63,246 nucleotides of DNA from an uncultured Oscillospiraceae bacterium (GTDB lineage Bacteria > Bacillota > Clostridia > Saccharofermentanales > UBA5734). Made by a program: the position numbers and the translations under genes. Location: contig CAZZGG010000003.1 of the NCBI GenBank assembly GCA_964654125.1, positions 1 through 63,246 of the forward strand. The letters run 5' to 3'. Below are positions 62,066-63,246 of this stretch, piece after piece (position 1 is the first letter of the stretch; every line of letters starts with the position of its first letter). The notes below the pieces were generated by a model. It was not told where the DNA came from. It made no database searches and worked only from the letters and a program-made list of their open reading frames with translations.

Positions 62066-62798
62066 CCAGGAGTTATCATTAAAAGACTGGATCGGTGAGG
62101 CCTTGCACAGGGCCGGTCAGATGGCAACCACAAAACAGCAGCAGCAGATTCTGGTTTATTTCCAGCTGCTCAAGGATTATTCGGGCAAGCTTAATTTGAC
62201 GGCTATCACCGACAATGAAGGTATTGCCATTCGCCATTTACTGGATTGTCTGACTGTTTTGCCCCTGCTTGACCACGAAGCTGAGCAAAGATCCGCCCCC
62301 TGCCTGGTTGATGTTGGCAGTGGCGCCGGTTTTCCCGGATTACTGATCAAGATCATGCGCCCAGACTGGCGCTGCCTTCTACTGGACAGCCTGGCTAAAC
62401 GAATCGCCTTTTTGCAAACTGTGATTGAAAAACTGCTGCTTACGGAGGTCAAGGCTGAGCACGGCAGAGCCGAAGATGCCGGCCGGCAAAAGCGGCTGCG
62501 CGACCAGCATGATCTGGCTATAGCCAGAGCTGTTGCCCCGCTTAACATACTGGCAGAATATTGCCTGCCCTTGGTCAAACCAGGCGGTTGTTTTATTGCT
62601 ATGAAAGGCGCTGCTGGACCTGAGTGGCCCCTGGCCAGGCTGGCAGTTACCAGCCTGGGCGGGCAGCTGGAGCAGCTGGAGGAGTTTAACCTGCCGGGAA
62701 CAGATATGCAGCGGTCACTGTTTTTGCTCCGCAAGCTCACTGCCACGCCGGAGCGTTTTCCCAGGCGGGCTGGCAGGATCAGCAAGAACCCCCTTTAA
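62055..62798 (+). CDS. rsmG: 16S rRNA (guanine527-N7)-methyltransferase RsmG
   Basis: SAM motif [13 protein letters not shown] 62055 lies behind GGAGGAG and overlaps the mnmG stop. Confidence 0.9.
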   Translation: MMPDQELSLKDWIGEALHRAGQMATTKQQQQILVYFQLLKDYSGKLNLTAITDNEGIAIRHLLDCLTVLPLLDHEAEQRSAPCLVDVGSGAGFPGLLIKIMRPDWRCLLLDSLAKRIAFLQTVIEKLLLTEVKAEHGRAEDAGRQKRLRDQHDLAIARAVAPLNILAEYCLPLVKPGGCFIAMKGAAGPEWPLARLAVTSLGGQLEQLEEFNLPGTDMQRSLFLLRKLTATPERFPRRAGRISKNPL

Positions 62799-62881
62799 GG
62801 GCTGCGCTGATACCATGAAAGAGTGTTGTATGCTATAATTAATTAGATAAGAAACAAAGGCAGCTGAGGAGGAATACCTGC

Positions 62882-63246
62882 ATGGCTGATCAGCCGATCG
62901 ACTCAAGAAAAGACTTGCAAAAACAAAAAGAAAAAGCTATAGATGATGCGTTCAGGAGTCCTGAGAATACGATTATTCCGGTTAACCTTGAAGAGGAAAT
63001 GAAAAAATCCTTTATAGATTACGCTATGAGCGTTATCACCAACCGGGCCCTGCCGGATGTGCGGGACGGGCTCAAACCTGTTCACCGCCGCATTCTCTAT
63101 TCGATGTTCACCCAGGGTTTCACACCTGATAAGGCCTACCGCAAATGTGCCACCACCGTAGGCGATGTGCTGGGCCGCTTTCACCCGCATGGTGATGCGG
63201 CGGTTTATGATTCGTTAGTGCGGATGGCCCAGGATTTTTCCATGCG
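62882..63246 (+). CDS. gyrA: DNA gyrase subunit A, N-terminal 121 codons (continues beyond the window; not in the ORF track)
   Basis: My own translation is ...[33 protein letters not shown]...[31 protein letters not shown]. TGcTATAAT extended -10 at 62831-62839. Confidence 0.95.
   Translation, partial: MADQPIDSRKDLQKQKEKAIDDAFRSPENTIIPVNLEEEMKKSFIDYAMSVITNRALPDVRDGLKPVHRRILYSMFTQGFTPDKAYRKCATTVGDVLGRFHPHGDAAVYDSLVRMAQDFSM

Noticed and set aside
62177-62785. A 202-aa minus-strand ORF inside rsmG. Similar antisense ORFs occur at 49333-49842, 31465-32103, 23149-23724, 55527-56090, 7438-7950 and 11616-12095.
   Set aside because: All lie fully antisense to confidently assigned genes and are Ser/Arg/Pro/Ala-rich. 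I regard them as frame shadows, which long open antisense frames often are.
1-63246. Whole-window scan for CRISPR arrays, transposases, integrases, prophage genes, toxin-antitoxin pairs, restriction-modification systems and other defence systems.
   Set aside because: I recognised no repeat-spacer array and no ORF with transposase, integrase, nuclease-helicase or methyltransferase signatures apart from rsmG. The novelty candidates here are metabolic, not defence or mobile elements.

Overview
This is a 63.2-kb chromosomal window from a Bacillota (Clostridia-like) genome. GC content is moderate by eye, and almost all genes lie on the + strand. I found no CRISPR array, transposase, integrase, phage gene or recognisable defence gene. 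All protein-family calls come from motifs I recognised by reading the translations; no searches were run.

Layout:
- 1-43: 5' part of a tRNA-Gly(CCC) with its promoter.
- 0.2-2.1 kb: creatininase-family and aldo/keto reductase genes.
- 3-12.7 kb: a glycan-utilisation locus. It holds a YesM/YesN-type two-component system, an LplABC-type ABC importer, an esterase, a DUF2961/GH172-like protein and an amidohydrolase.
- 12.8-14.8 kb: an AT-richer islet with a catalytically dead APH-like pseudokinase and a zinc-ribbon protein.
- 14.9-16.7 kb: an acyl-CoA ligase.
- 17.0-27.6 kb: a ten-gene locus with two TIM-barrel isomerase/lyase-like proteins, two Gfo/Idh/MocA oxidoreductases, two cytoplasmic sulfatase-fold proteins (one lacking the Cys/Ser-x-Pro-x-Arg maturation motif), an AraC regulator and an ABC importer.
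- 27.6-42.6 kb: lplA and a DeoR regulator lie divergent from a nine-gene operon. That operon combines rhaA, rhaB and a stand-alone RhaE-like class II aldolase-fold gene with a SorE-like MDR reductase, an SrlD-like SDR, a lipoyl-dependent E2/E3/fused-E1alpha-beta complex and a PHP phosphoesterase.
- 42.7-63.2 kb: housekeeping mini-blocks, namely mazG-S4-divIC; an orphan 826-aa family-5 binding protein; SRP RNA-dnaX-recR; a GNAT; fhs plus a serine hydrolase (minus strand); veg-ispE-capA-like; rpmH-rnpA-yidD-yidC-jag-mnmE-mnmG-rsmG; and the 5' end of gyrA.

The strongest candidate for an undescribed system is the 29.7-42.6 kb operon. I interpret it as a possible aldolase-bypassing 6-deoxyhexose pathway that ends in thiamine/lipoyl-dependent C-C cleavage to acetyl-CoA. 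That interpretation is inference only.
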